DNA of 64,000 nt. Source: Callorhinchus milii (Eukaryota). The stretch spans positions 79,858,001-79,922,000 of the forward strand of contig NW_024704742.1 in the NCBI RefSeq assembly GCF_018977255.1, given 5' to 3'. A program made the translations under genes and the position numbers. Every line of letters begins with the position of its first letter. Position 1 is the stretch's first letter. The notes beneath the pieces are model-generated. The model was given only the letters and a program-made list of their open reading frames with translations. It was not told where the DNA came from and made no database searches. Below, piece by piece: positions 1 through 12,507 of the stretch.

Positions 1-109
1 AGTTTTTTTAAATCTTTCTTACACATGGTTTATTTCTCACTCTCTCTCTGGTTATGCACTTCCTCTCTCTCACACCCAGTTTATTTCCCATAATTCTCTC
101 TAATATATA

Positions 110-450
110 TCATACAGACTACAGACGCTCCATTGTACATTACAGTATAGTCTCTCTATTGTATTGTGTATGTTACAGTTTGCAGACTCTCTATTGTATA
201 TTATACAGTATGCAGACTCTATTGTATATTATACAGTATGCAGACTCTATTGTATATTATACAGTATGCAGACCCTCTATTGTATATTATACAGTATGCA
301 GACTCTATTGAATATCATACAGTTTGCAGACTCTCCATTGTATATTATACAGTATGCAGACTCTATTGAATATCATACAGTTTGCAGACTCTCCATTGAA
401 TATCATACAGTTTGCAGACTCTCTATTGAATATTATACAGTATGCAGTCT
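110..450. repeat. ~30-32-bp minisatellite (TATTGTATATTATACAGTATGCAGACTCTC)
   Basis: About nine tandem degenerate copies are directly visible. Confidence 0.9.
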
Positions 451-559
451 ATATTTGTATGTAGTATATTAGAGCAGGCTCACTGTTATAGAGTGTATGT
501 TAGTGTGCAGACTCCCTGTAGTATGTTAGTGTGCAGGTACAATGTAACATGTTACACCA

Positions 560-998
560 GGCTGGCTGTGGTGTGGTGCAGGTTATGGCTGTGGTGCTGT
601 GTGTTATGGCTGTGGTGTGGTGCTCTGTTATGGCTGTGGTGCTGTGTTGTGGCTGTGGTGCTGTGTGTTGTGGTGCTGTGTTATGGCTGTGGTGCTGTGT
701 GTTATGGCTGTGGTGCTGTGTTGTGGCTGTGATGCTGTGTGTTGTGGTGCTGTGTTATGGCTGTGGTGTGGTGCTGTGTTATGGCTGTGGTGCTGTGTTG
801 TGGCTGTGGTGCTGTGTTGTGGCTGTGGTGCTGTGTTGTGGCTGTGATGCTGTGGCTGTGATGCTGTGTTGTGGCTGTGATGCTGTGTTATGGCTGTGGT
901 GCTGTGTGTTGTGGTGCTGTGTTGTGGCTGTGGCTGTGGTGCTGTGTTGTGGCTGTGATGCTGTGGCTGTGGTGCTGTGTGTGTGAGTGAGTGAGTGA
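560..998. repeat. GT-rich minisatellite (GCTGTG/GTGCTGTGTT units)
   Basis: Direct tandem repetition; source of the Cys/Val/Leu-rich spurious ORFs. Confidence 0.9.
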
Positions 999-1003
999 CT
1001 GAC

Positions 1004-1027
1004 CTCTCGGCTGCTCACACAGCCCAT
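1004..1027 (-). CDS. SLC44A1: Candidate first coding exon MGCVSSRE of a divergent gene, probably choline transporter-like protein 1
   Basis: gacATGG Kozak context, MGCxxS myristoylation/palmitoylation-type N-terminus, and phase-0 donor GAG|GTCAGT. It is the only unique, CpG-bearing island among tandem arrays. SLC44A1 begins MGC..S and lies head-to-head with ABCA1 in human. The name rests on synteny plus 8 aa only. Confidence 0.55.
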
Positions 1028-1077
1028 GTCTCTCTCCTTCCCTCCAGATTGCTGCCGACAGTCCCGCAGTTGCACTC

Positions 1078-1103
1078 ATTTCCGGTAAAGGATGATTTCC
1101 GGG
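1078..1103 (-). promoter_or_regulatory. Tandem ETS-family motifs (CCGGAAAT x2), putative TATA-less promoter of the minus-strand gene
   Basis: ACCGGAAAT (1086-1078) and CCCGGAAAT (1103-1095), 50-75 nt upstream of the ATG at 1027. Confidence 0.5.
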
Positions 1104-1140
1104 ACCAGCGCAGCAAATAGCAGCTCAGATACAGCAACAA

Positions 1141-3655
1141 ACTGAGGGACACTGAGATACAGAGAGACTGAGAGACAGAGAGACTGAGATACAGAGACTG
1201 AGATACAGAGTGAGACTGAGAGACAGAGACACTGAGAGACACTGAGACTGAGATACAGAGTGAGACTGAGAGACAGAGACACTGGGAGACAGAGACTGAG
1301 ATACAGAGTGAGACTGAGATACAGAGAGACTGAGACTGAGATACAGAGTGAGACTGAGAGACAGAGACACTGAGAGACACTGAGACTGAGATACAGAGAG
1401 ACTGAGACTGAGATACAGAGTGAGACTGAGAGACAGAGACACTGGGAGACAGAGACTGAGATACAGAGAGACTGAGATACAGAGTGAGACTGAGATACAG
1501 AGACTGAGATACAGAGTGAGACTGAGACTGAGATACAGAGTGAGACTGAGAGACAGAGACACTGGGAGACAGAGACTGAGATACAGAGAGACTGAGATAC
1601 AGAGTGAGACTGAGATACAGAGAGACTGAGACTGAGATACAGAGTGAGACTGAGAGACAGAGAGACTGAGATACAGAGTGAGACTGAGAGACAGAGAGAC
1701 TGAGATACAGAGAGACTGAGATACAGAGTGAGACTGAGATACAGAGAGACTGAGACTGAGATACAGAGTGAGACTGAGAGACAGAGACACTCAGAGACAG
1801 AGACTGAGATACAGAGAGACTGAGATACAGAGAGACTGAGAGACACTGAGACTGAGATACAGAGTGAAACTAAGATACAGAGAGACTGAGATACAGAGAG
1901 ACACTGAGGCTGAGATACAGAGACTGAGATACAGAGAGACTGAGATACAGAGAGACACTGAGGCTGAGATACAGAGTGAAACTAAGATACAGAGAGACTG
2001 AGATACAGAGACTGAGATACAGAGACTGAGATACAGAGACTGAGATACAGAGACTGAGATACAGAGAGACACTGAGGCTGAGATACAGAGACTGAGATAC
2101 AGAGACTGAGATACAGAGACTGAGATACAGAGACTGAGATACAGAGACTGAGATACAGAGAGACACTAAGGCTGAGATACAGAGAGACTGAGATACAGAG
2201 AGACTGAGATACAGAGAGACTGAGATACAGAGAGACTGAGATACAGAGAGACTGAGATACAGAGAGACTGAGATACAGAGAGACTGAGATACAGAGAGAG
2301 ACTGAGATACAGACAGACACTGAGGCTGAGATACAGAGACTGAGATACAGAGACTGAGATACAGAGAGACACTAAGGCTGAGAGACTGAGATACAAAGAG
2401 ACTGAGATACAGAGAGACACTGAGGCTGAGATACAGAGAGACTGAGAGACACTGAGACTGATATACAGAGAGACCCTGAGGCTGAGATACAGAGAGACCC
2501 TGAGGCTGAGATACAGAGACTGAGATACAGAGAGACACTGAGGCTGAGATACAGAGAGACACTGAGGCTGAGATACAGAGAGACACTGAGGCTGAGATAC
2601 AGAGACTGAGATACAGAGAGACCCTGAGGCTGAGATACAGAGGCTGAGATACAGAGAGACTGAGATACAGAGAGACTGATATACAGAGTCACTGAGGCTG
2701 AGATACAGAGAGACTGAGAGAGACTGAGATACAGAGAGACACTGAGACTGAGATACAGAGAGACACTGAGACTGAGATACAGAGAGACACTGAGACTGAT
2801 ATACAGAGAGACACTGAGGCTGAGATACAGAGAGACTGAGAGAGACTGAGATACAGAGAGACACTGAGACTGAGATACAGAGAGACACTGAGACTGATAT
2901 ACAGAGACACTGAGGCTGAGATACAGAGAGACTGAGATACAGAGAGACACTGAGGCTGAGATACAGAGACTGAGATACAGAGAGCCTGAGATACAGGGAC
3001 TGAAATACAGAGACTGAGATACAGGGACTGAGATACAGAGAGACTGAGATACAGGGACTGAAATACAGAGAGACTGAGATACAGGGACTGAGATACAGAG
3101 AGACTGAGACTGAGATACAGGGACTGAGATACAGAGAAACAGACGGACTGAGAGACAGTGATACAGAGACACAGGGAAACAGTGACAGACAGAGATACAG
3201 TGAGAGATAGTGATACAGTGACAGAGAGACACAGACTGGGATACAGAGATACGGTGACTGAGAGACAGAGAGACAGTGACTGAGAGACAGACAGAGACAA
3301 GAGATACAGTGACTGAATGAGAGACTGAGAGACAGTGACTGAGAGACAGTGACTGAGACAGACAGATACAGTGACTGAGATACAGTGACACAGTGACAGG
3401 GAGTCAGAGACTGAGATAGAGCGACTGAGATACAGTGACTGAGATACAGTGACTGAGATACAGTGACTGAGATACAGTGACTGAGATACAGTGACTGAGA
3501 TACAGTGACTGAGATACAGAGCGATAGAGACGGTGATACAGTAACAGAGATACAGTGACAGAAAGATAGAGACAGAGATACAGTGACAGAGAGATAGAGA
3601 TACAGTGACAGAGATATAGTGTAAGAGATCCAGTGACAGGTACAGTACAGAGATG
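1141..3655. repeat. GA-rich minisatellite array (CTGAGATACAGAGAGA drifting to GATACAGTGAC variants)
   Basis: Direct tandem repetition over ~2.5 kb; source of the SLSVS/CISVS ORFs. Confidence 0.95.
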
Positions 3656-3656
3656 T

Positions 3657-4281
3657 ACAACAACAACAATACATTCGTGTAGCGCCTTTCATGTCGGGAG
3701 GACGTCCCAAGGCGCTGGACAGAGTACAGCATTTCAGACCTGAGCTGGGGTTGGGGGGTAAGGGAGGGGAGGGTAAGGGGGGTGGCCAATTGCATGGTCG
3801 AAGAGGAGGGTCTTCAGGCGGGACTTGAAGGAGGCTAAGGAGGGGATGAGGTGGAGTGACTAGAGGATGGAATTCCAGAGGTTGGGGGCAGAGTGGCTGA
3901 AGGCTCTCCCGCCAATGGTGGGGCGGGTGGGTCAGGGGACATGGAGCAGGCCAGAGCCGGTTGAGTAGAGGGAATGGGCGTGTTGGTTGGGGGATAGGAG
4001 GTCGCAGAGGTAGGGTGGGGTGAGGCCATGGAGGACTTTGTATGTGCGGACCAGGATCTTGAACTGGATCCTCTAAGGATAGGGAGCCAATGGAGTCGGG
4101 TGAGAGTGGGGGAGATGGGGTCACGGAGTTTAGTGCGGGAGAGGACATGGGCTGCAGAGTTTTGGATTATCTGCCGCCTGTGGAGGGAGGAGTTAGGAAG
4201 CCTGAGAAGCAGAGCTTTTGCATAATCAAACCTGGAGGTGATGAAGGCATGAACAAGAGTTTCAGCGGCCTGAAGTGGAGA
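3657..4281 (-). mobile_element. L2-clade LINE 3' fragment
   Basis: Minus strand carries the ETLVHAFITSR..DY-type L2 ORF2 C-terminus, the 3' stem-loop GGGACGTCCTCCCGAC and a (TTG)n tail. Confidence 0.85.
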
Positions 4282-4605
4282 TAATAATAATAATAATAAT
4301 AATCTTGCATTTGATATAAACGCCTTTCACGTCTTCTAGACATCCCAAAGCACTTCACAGAATATACTGTAAAGTGAATTGACTGTATATTTGTGGGCGA
4401 ACGCGGCAGCCAATTGCACACAGCAATGTCCCACAAACAGTCATGGATTGAAAATGACCAATTTATTATTGTTTTTGGTTTTGGAGGGATTATTATTAGG
4501 CTCTGTGTGGAGTAAGGAAACTTGTCCAAGGTTTCGCCCTCTGCCGGGGATTGAACTCGGGTCTCTCGCTTGCAAAGCGAGTGCTCTAACCACTGAGCTA
4601 CAGGA
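4282..4605 (-). mobile_element. tRNA-derived SINE, short young subfamily
   Basis: A box TAGCTCAGTGGTTAGAGC, B box GTTCAATCC, L2-like 3' stem-loop and (TTA)n tail; near-identical copies elsewhere in the window. Confidence 0.9.
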
Positions 4606-5115
4606 TACAGTGACAGAGAGATAGATACAGTGACAAGGAGATACAGTGACAGAGGGACACGGTGACGGAGGGACACGGTGACGGAGGGACACGGTGACAG
4701 AGGGACACGGTTACGGAGGGACACGGTGACGGAGAGATACGGTGACGGAGAGATATGGTGACGGGGAGATAAAGTGATTGGGAGACAATGACAGTGATAC
4801 AGTGACAGAGAGATAGAGATACAGTGACTGACACAATGACAGAGAGATACAGTGACTGAGAGACAGAGGTACAGAGACACAGTGACAGAGGTAGAGATAC
4901 AGTGACAGAGGGATACAGTACAGTAACAGGGATACAGTGACAGAGGGATACAGTGACAGAAAGATACAGTGACAGAGGGATACCGTAACAGGGATACAGG
5001 CACAGAATGATACATGACTGAGAGAGAGATACAGTGTCAGAGGGATACAGTGACAGACGGATACAGTGACAGAGGGATAGAGACAGAGACACAGTGACAG
5101 AGAGAGAGAGACAGA
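4606..5115. repeat. GATACAGTGACAGAG / GACACGGTGACGGAG minisatellite
   Basis: Tandem repetition; most of it is copied in inverted orientation at 15336-15694. Confidence 0.85.
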
Positions 5116-5129
5116 GGCCGTGTTTGATC

Positions 5130-5985
5130 ATGATGTCGAGAGGGTGGCCACGGTTGTGGGTCAGCTAGTTGATGTAGATGGTGAGAATCAGCCAGAGGAA
5201 TAAGGGAATAGACCAAGGGAAGCTTGGGATATGAGGACCAACCCACTGCCACATTGGTTGGGATGGGTGGTGTGGTGGTAGGTGTAGCCAGGAGGGGAGG
5301 CTTCATCTAGGGGGACGGAGATACGAGGGGAGATCCAGCTTTCCTTAAGACCAAGAATATCCATGTATTCATCCAGGATGAGATCATGGATAGTGAGAGC
5401 TTTATTGAAGCGGGAAAGGATATATTGTAGGGAAATGCAGATGGGTTTGCTGGTAGGGGAGTGGGACAGTGGAGAGAGTGGCATTGAGAGGATTTGTGGT
5501 CGTGTGGGAGAAATGACCATAGAATTTTGAGGAGCAGGGAGTGTTGGTGGGGTTATGGTTGAGGGAGGGGAAGGGATGTTTGCCTTCGGAGGTGGTTGCT
5601 GCGGAAAGAGTGAGCGATGGGACAGTTGGGGCGGCTGCTCTGGGACAACCAATGCTGGGAGCCATGATGGGCCTGTTGGAAGATGCCCAGGCTGGAGCAG
5701 AGGGAGGTAATGGTGGGGTCTAGGAGAGAGAAGGTGAGGAGGGCATGGGGAGAGAAGGACAGAGTGGGAGTAGCGGACAGAGGGGGATAGGAGGAGGAGC
5801 ATTTCCAGGGGGATCAGCTCGGGTTGGGGCAGCAGCCAAAACACGCAAGCAGAAACCGGGAGCGAGTGATCAGTGGGAAAGCATCAGCCTGTGTGCTACA
5901 AGAAACAGTGCAGAGTGGGAAGAGGAAGTGGTAGGATGGTGGTCATGGCTTAAGTGCCAGACGTCGGGAGGGAAGGGAGGACAAC
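5130..5985 (-). mobile_element. L2-clade LINE 5' part with decayed APE endonuclease N-terminus
   Basis: ORF 5188-5844 ends in NKALTIHDLILDEYMDILGLKESW...EASPPGYTYHH...GSGLVLI, an APE-like motif set. Confidence 0.7.
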
Positions 5986-6009
5986 GTACAGTGACAGAGA
6001 GAAACCTCT

Positions 6010-6778
6010 CAAAGACAGTCAGAACCTCGGTGTTCTGTTCGACCCTGAGCTGTCCTTTTTTCCCCACATCCGCACCACAACTGGCAACGCCTTCCACCAC
6101 CTCCGGAACATCGCCAGACTACGACACTACCTCACCCCTCACGCTGCTGAAACTCTGGTCCACGCCTTTATCACCTCAAGGCTGGACTATGGGAACTCTC
6201 TCCTCGCCGGCCTTCCCGGCACCTCCCTCCACAAGCTGCAGGTCATTCAGAACTCTGCAGCTCGTGTACTGTCCCGCACCAGGCTTCGGGACACATCACT
6301 CCCACCCTCGCTCGCCTCCACTGGCTCCCCATCCCCCAGAGGATCGATTTCAAGATCCTCATCCTCACCTACAAGGCCATTCACGGCCTTGCTCCCTCCT
6401 ACCTCTCCGACCTACTATCCCCCTACCTACCTGCCCATACCCTCCGTTCCTCTGGCTCCGGTCTGCTCCACATCCCCCGCCCCAACCGCCCTACCATTGG
6501 TGGCCGGGCCTTCAGCCTCTCAGCCCCGAGGCTCTGGAACTACATCCCCCAGTGCCTTCGCCGCCTCCTCCCTTTCCTCCTTTAAGGCCGGTCTCAAGAC
6601 CTTTCTCTTCAACTGTGCCTTCACCCCACCTCTCAACTCTCTACCCCCTCCTCGCTCTCTCCCTTCCCTCCCCTCACCCTGACCATTTCCCCACTGCTCG
6701 GGTCCCGACCCAACTGTCCAGCACCTTGGGACGTCCTCCCGACGTGAAAGGTGCTCTATAAATCCAATCTTGTTGTTG
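6010..6778 (+). mobile_element. L2-clade LINE 3' end (ORF2 C-terminus, frameshifted)
   Basis: NLGVLFDPELSF..HLRNIARLR..ETLVHAFITSRLDYGNSLL..LQVIQNSAARVL, followed by the stem-loop and (TTG)n tail. Confidence 0.9.
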
Positions 6779-6779
6779 A

Positions 6780-7520
6780 AATAGTGTCTGAGTGACAGAG
6801 GGACACAGTGACAGAAGGATACAGTGATATAGTGACACAGTGATTTAGTGATATGATACATTGATACAGTGATATAATGATTCAGTGATAAAGTGATTCA
6901 GCGTTATAGTGAAACAGTGATATAATGATACATTGATGCAGTGACGGACAGGTAGAGTGACAGACAGATACAGTGAGATACAGTGACAGAGTGATACAGT
7001 GACAGTGATACAGTGACAGAGTGATACAGTGATATATTGACAGATTGATGCAGTAATATAGTGACACAGTGATACAGTGATATAGTGGCACAATGATTTA
7101 ATGATACAGTAATACAGTGATAATGATACAGTGATATTGATACAATGATACAGTGATATAGTGATACAGTGATATAAGGATACAGTGATGTAATGACACA
7201 TTGATGCAGGGATGCAGTGACACAGTGATACATAGTAAAATAACAGAGGGACTGATTGATACAGTAATACAGTGATATATAGTAAAATGACAGAGCGATA
7301 CAGTGACATAGTGAGATAGTGATACAGTGATATAGTAACATAGTGATACGGTGATAGTGATAGAGTGACAGTGATATAGTGGCACAGTGATACAATGATA
7401 CAGTGATACAGTGATTTAATGATACAGTGATATCGTGGCGTAGTGATGCACTGACAGTGACTCAGTGACTCAGTGATGCAGTGACGCAGTGACACAGTTA
7501 TGCAGTGACATAGTGATACA
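6780..7520. repeat. Degenerate GATACAGTGA minisatellite
   Basis: Tandem repetition. Confidence 0.85.
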
Positions 7521-7585
7521 TATAGATCTAACACAGCAAATACAGCAACACAGCAATATAGGAACACAGCAAATACAGAAATACA

Positions 7586-7940
7586 GGAGTCCTGTAGCTC
7601 AGTGGTGAAGTCCTGTAGTGCAGTGGCTATAGCACTGGCCTCACAAGCGAGAGACCTGGGTTTGATTCCCGGCAAGGCAAAATGTTGGGTAAGTTTCCCT
7701 ACTCCACATGCCTCTGTTTATCTAGTAGTAAATAGGAACCAGTTTTTTCGTCGATTGGTGGTTCAATTTTCCGGGAGTAATAATTTGTTTAAAAAAAATC
7801 AATTAGTCACTCAATCCATGACTGTTTGTGGGACACTGCTGTGTGCAATTAGCTGCCAGGGTTTCAACCACAAAATATACAGTCATCTCACTTTACAGTA
7901 TATTCTGTGAAGAACTTTGAGACCTCTTGATTTAGTGATA
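7586..7940 (+). mobile_element. tRNA-derived SINE, long older subfamily, with duplicated head
   Basis: GGAGTCCTGTAGCTCAGTGG head repeated twice, B box GTTTGATTCC, central CTCTGTTTATCTAGTAGTAAATAGGAACC block and SINE 3' body. Confidence 0.8.
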
Positions 7941-8820
7941 ACACAGCAAATACAGCAACACAGCAATACAGGAACACAGCACCACAGCAAATACAGGTGT
8001 CCTGTAGCTCAATGGTGATAAGAGGATATATCAAATGCAACGATTATTATTATATAGCAATATAGCAACACACACCACAAAATACAAAACAACAATACAG
8101 CAAATACAGCAGCACAGCAAATGCAGCGACACAGTAACACAGTAATATGACAACATGGCAATATAGTGATATATATATTGTAACACAGCAAATACAGCAA
8201 CACATCAATTTAGATAATACAGCAAATATAGCAAATACAGCAATATAGTGCAACTACAGCAATTACTGCAACACAGTGACTTCAACAACAACAAAAACAA
8301 GATTGCATTTATAGAGTGCCTTTCACATTGGGAGGATGTCCCAAGGCGCTGGACAGTTGGGTCAGGACCGAAGCAGGGGGAAATGGTCAGGGTGAGGGGA
8401 GGGAAGGGAGGGAGCGAGGAGGGGGTAGAGAGTCAAGAGGGGAGGTGAAGGCATGGTTGAAGAGAAAGCACAGCAACTACAACAACAACAAATCCAGCTA
8501 ATATAGCAGCTACAGCAAAACAGCAACAAAGCATCCATTGCAGATTCAACAACTACAGCAACATAGAACTGCAAATACAGCAACTACACCAACACAGTGA
8601 GTACAGTAAATACAGCAACACAGCAAATAGAGTAATTACAACAACACATTGACTACAGCAAATACAGCAACTAAAGCAACACAGTGACTACAGCAAATTC
8701 AGCACACAACACAGCAACAACCCTTCACAAGAAATACAGAAACAGCCTCTCACAGTAAATACAGCATCAATGCTAAACAACAAATACAGCAACAACTCTT
8801 CACATCAAATACTGAAATCA
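7941..8820. repeat. CAGCAA/ATACAG low-complexity repeat with an embedded minus-strand L2 tail (8283-8470)
   Basis: Tandem ACAGCAAATACAGCAAC variants interrupted by an L2 3' end. Confidence 0.75.
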
Positions 8821-9083
8821 CCCATCATAGCATTTTAATTGTCCTTTATTAAGTCCACAGGAATTTGCTGTTGAGTTTGGTGAATTTGTAGCCAAACACA
8901 ACAGTCATTTGCATCAACATTGTCTCACGTAAAGCCAAGAGTTGAGTTAACAATTAATCTGGAGGATTGTTGGAAAATCTGTGAAAAATTCCTTTCTCTT
9001 TTCTTATATTGTCATCAGCTATTTCACATCCACCTAAATAAGTAGAAGCGACTCCTCACTGGCACTATATTGAACATCAAATG

Positions 9084-10864
9084 AAGAACATAAGAACACA
9101 GGAATTAGGAGCAGGAGTAGGCCATTCAGCCCCTTGAGCCTGCCCCACTATTCACTAAGATCATGGCTGATCTTCTGATCTAACTCTAATTACTTGTCCT
9201 ATCCCCATATCCTCTAATCCCTTGTTGTTATGTACCTCTACCCATACTGACTCTACTTCATGCATTTCTGATTTAAAATCTTTCCTCTCTACTGTTTTAT
9301 CCTATCCTTTATTAGCAGAGCCACTCCCCCTCCTCATTTACCACATTGCCTATCTTTTCTATACACCACGTACCCTGGAATATTTAGCTCCCACCTTTGA
9401 TCTCCCTGTAACCATGTCTCGGTGATGGTTACTAGATCACACCCGTTTGTTTCTATTTGTGCATTTAGTTCATCTATCTTGTTTTGAATGCTTCGCGCAT
9501 TCAGATATAGCATCTTTAATTCTGACTTCGGGCTATTAGTCCTATTCATCAGTACCCTATTCCTGGGCTTCTTTTCCATGATTGGCACACTTTGCTCATC
9601 TTCCTGGTTAATCTGCTCTCCCACTTTCATCGGTCCTAATTTTAATTGTGACGGATTACATGTGATTGATTCCACCTCCCCACCCCCAGTAGTTTAAAGC
9701 CCTGTCTACTTCCCTATTCGTGTCACCAGGACATTTGTCCCAGCCCTGCTTAGGAGGAGTCCATTCCTTTGGAATAGCTCGTGTCTCCCCCAATACTGGT
9801 GCCAGTGGCCCATAAGGTGAAACCCCTGCCCTCCGCACCACTCTCTTAGCCAGGCATTCAGATTCTTCATTTTTTTTTGCCTGTACCAATTTGCCCCTGG
9901 CTCAGGTAATAATCCCGATATTAATACCTTTGAAGTTCTACTCTTTAGCTTAACTCCCAATTCCTGGAACTTGCTCCTCAACTTGTCCCTACCGGTCCTA
10001 CCTACATCATTGGTCCCTATGTGAATCATAACAATTGGATCCACTCCCTCCTGCTTCACATTTTTCTCCAGCCCGAAAGTGACGTCCTTCACCCTGGCCC
10101 CAGGAAGGCAACAGAGTCTTCTTGTCTCCTTGCTGCGGCTGCAGAAAAGTGTGTCAGTCTTCCTGACTGTCTCATCCGCAATTACCACTACATTCCTTCT
10201 GACTATTCCCCTTTGTGTGGCCTCCTGTATAGGGGTGTTGGGGTAAGTTTACCCATCTTCCTCATAGACTTCCTTGTCCACACAGGTTGCAAATATTTCA
10301 TACCTGTTGGACAAGGTTAAAGCCTGGGGTTTCTCTGCCCCTCTCTTTCGGGTCCCCTTACGCGCCTGTCTGACCGTCACCCAGTCCTGTCCGTGGCTGG
10401 GACTCAGGGGAGTGTCTGGCTCCAGGGTGAAACTGTCCAGGAAGCTCTCCCCATCTCTAATGCTGCGCAGTGTCTCCACCTGAGACTCCAGCTCAGCTAT
10501 TCTAACCTGGAGCTTCCTCAGTTACAGACATTTGCTGCAGATGAAATCGCCCGGGCTCAGGTTGCCCTCCATCAACTCCCAAATACCGCATTCCTCACAC
10601 ATCACCTGCCAGGTCATTCGCTCCTCTCACTCTTTTTTCCCTATATTGTTGTCATTAGAAGATATACTACAACCTTACACCTACTTCCCCCTCTGCATCT
10701 AATTCCCAATCTACCAATGGTATCAACAGTTTTAACAGTTTTTAGTAGCACAACATTGAATACTCACGATAAAAGTTCCCACATTAATTCCCACTCTCAC
10801 CCAATTCCTTCTCACTCTGGCCTCGCCTCACTCTGGACGTAGCTCACTCTGGGTTCTCTGCTCG
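9084..10864 (-). mobile_element. Internally deleted CR1 LINE: 5' UTR, ORF1 (C4 zinc finger, coiled coil, SGNH esterase), ORF2 endonuclease N-terminus, 3' tail
   Basis: Minus strand reads MCEECGIWE..FICSKC, then LQVRIAELESQVETLRSI, esterase motifs CLPGARVKDV / IHIGTNDV / ISGLLP / LNAWLREWC, then YLNARSIQNKIDEL..ITETWL..IPGY..RKDR. It joins directly to the CR1 tail GAATGGCCTACTCCTGCTCC..(TTCTTATG). Confidence 0.9.
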
Positions 10865-12291
10865 ATGAAAGTATTATTTTGTTTAAAGACATCTTAAGTA
10901 TGTAATTATGCTGCAATATGTTTTATAAATCAGCAAAACAACAATTTTCTGGTTGAAGAAACATCCTATGATTTAAAATATGTTTAGAATTGAAGGATTC
11001 AACATTCAATTAGACATTCATTGTACTAAACAATATTTTTAAAAGTTAATGCCAAAAAAGAAATGATAGATTTGTGAATAGAGAAGTTTTAAAGGATAGT
11101 ACCCAATTTTGAATGTGTAGCTATTTATACCTTTTACAGTGTTTCGTTTGTTTGTAATCACATCTGTTGGATTACGTGTCCTTGAACGAAGTTCTTTTTT
11201 TTTTAAATGCTGTATATTCTGCTTGAAGCAAAGCAGTAAACTTCCATAGGTAAAGTGATTATGAGTGGTTCAGAATAGCTGAGAGCAGTTCTCCAAATGT
11301 GCAACCCAGCATATATGAAAAAATCCTACATTTTGATGTTAAAGATTTCCTGTTATTAATCCTGCATCATACAAAAGTTTTCAAGGAACTAATTTCAAAT
11401 CGTAGAAATTTACAGGGCAGAAGGAGTCCATTTGGCCCATTGAGTGCACCTGATCTCAGAGTAAGATGCTCATTCAAACCCACAGCCTCGCCCTTATCCA
11501 CCTAGCCCTTCAAGCCATTATCTTTCATGTACCTGTCTACATCTCTCTCAAAACCCACAATGGACTCTAGCCTACCACCTTACTCGTGGCTGTACATTGC
11601 GGCTGAGCTACAATTAGCTTCAGTTCCACTCAAGAAAATAGTTTGAACCTGGGTAACTTGGGTATTCTATAAAGGGACTCCAATTGGCAACAGAGTAAAC
11701 ATTTATGTCAATAAGTGGTTTAAAATAGCAAGCCTTAGGTGCATAATGCTCACATTGCTTCTTGTGTATACTTTCTGTGTTGAACTCAAGAGTTCAAGAT
11801 TGGGACTTGTGCCCGAGCAGTAATTTAACAAGGTGGAATTAAAGCAGGAGAAAGCAGGAGAAACAAAGCAGCCTCAGAACTTCCCAAGTCAACCAATGGT
11901 TTCTGAAAGACAGTCATGCTTTCTGCATCCAGGGATGAAGGGGATGAGTTACGAGGATAGGCCTATATTCATACATTTGGTATGTATATGTGCACTTCAT
12001 CTGAAGTCTGTGTTCTCAAAGGACATCATTAACCTTTTCAAATATCTGCTTTTAAGCAAGAAAGCTTCTAGGCCTACAACAATTGCAGACAGTTCTCCTG
12101 TTCTCAGTCTATTTCAAAATATAAATTATTGGTCTTGGCTATGAAACCGGCTGCCACTGGATTTGGTCATGTTATTCCTTCTCTCCATGCCCACTGCATC
12201 CATGTCTGCAGTCTCTCTTCCCAACCATGTCTGCAGTCTGTCTATGATTACAGTGGTGAGACATCACCTTGTTGACGAGTATCAACAAGAT

Positions 12292-12507
12292 AATAATAAT
12301 CCCTCCAAAAAAACCAAAAAACAATAATAAAAAAAAAATTGGGTCATTTTCAATCTACGACTGTTTGTGGGACATTGCTGTGCGCAATTGGCTGCCGCGT
12401 TCGCCCACAAATACAGTCAATTCACTTTACAGTGTGTTCTGTGAAGCGCTTTGGGACGTCCTCCCGATGTGAAAAGCGCTATATCAAATGCAAGGATTAT
12501 TATTATT
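12292..12507 (+). mobile_element. 5'-truncated tRNA-SINE
   Basis: 3' body, stem-loop and (TTA)n match the full copies. Confidence 0.85.

Noticed and set aside
110..450. ~31-bp repeats superficially like a CRISPR array
   Set aside because: The repeats are contiguous with no unique spacers, there are no cas genes, and the context is eukaryotic.
54..3795. Long ORFs up to 660 aa (SLSVS/CISVS, CYGCG, YSMQT types)
   Set aside because: They are translations of minisatellites, open in several frames with no domain content.
9706..10188. SGNH/GDSL esterase ORF as a host gene
   Set aside because: It is the esterase domain of CR1 ORF1. The catalytic GDS motif is degenerate (ADE), and it is flanked by CR1 ORF2 and the tail.
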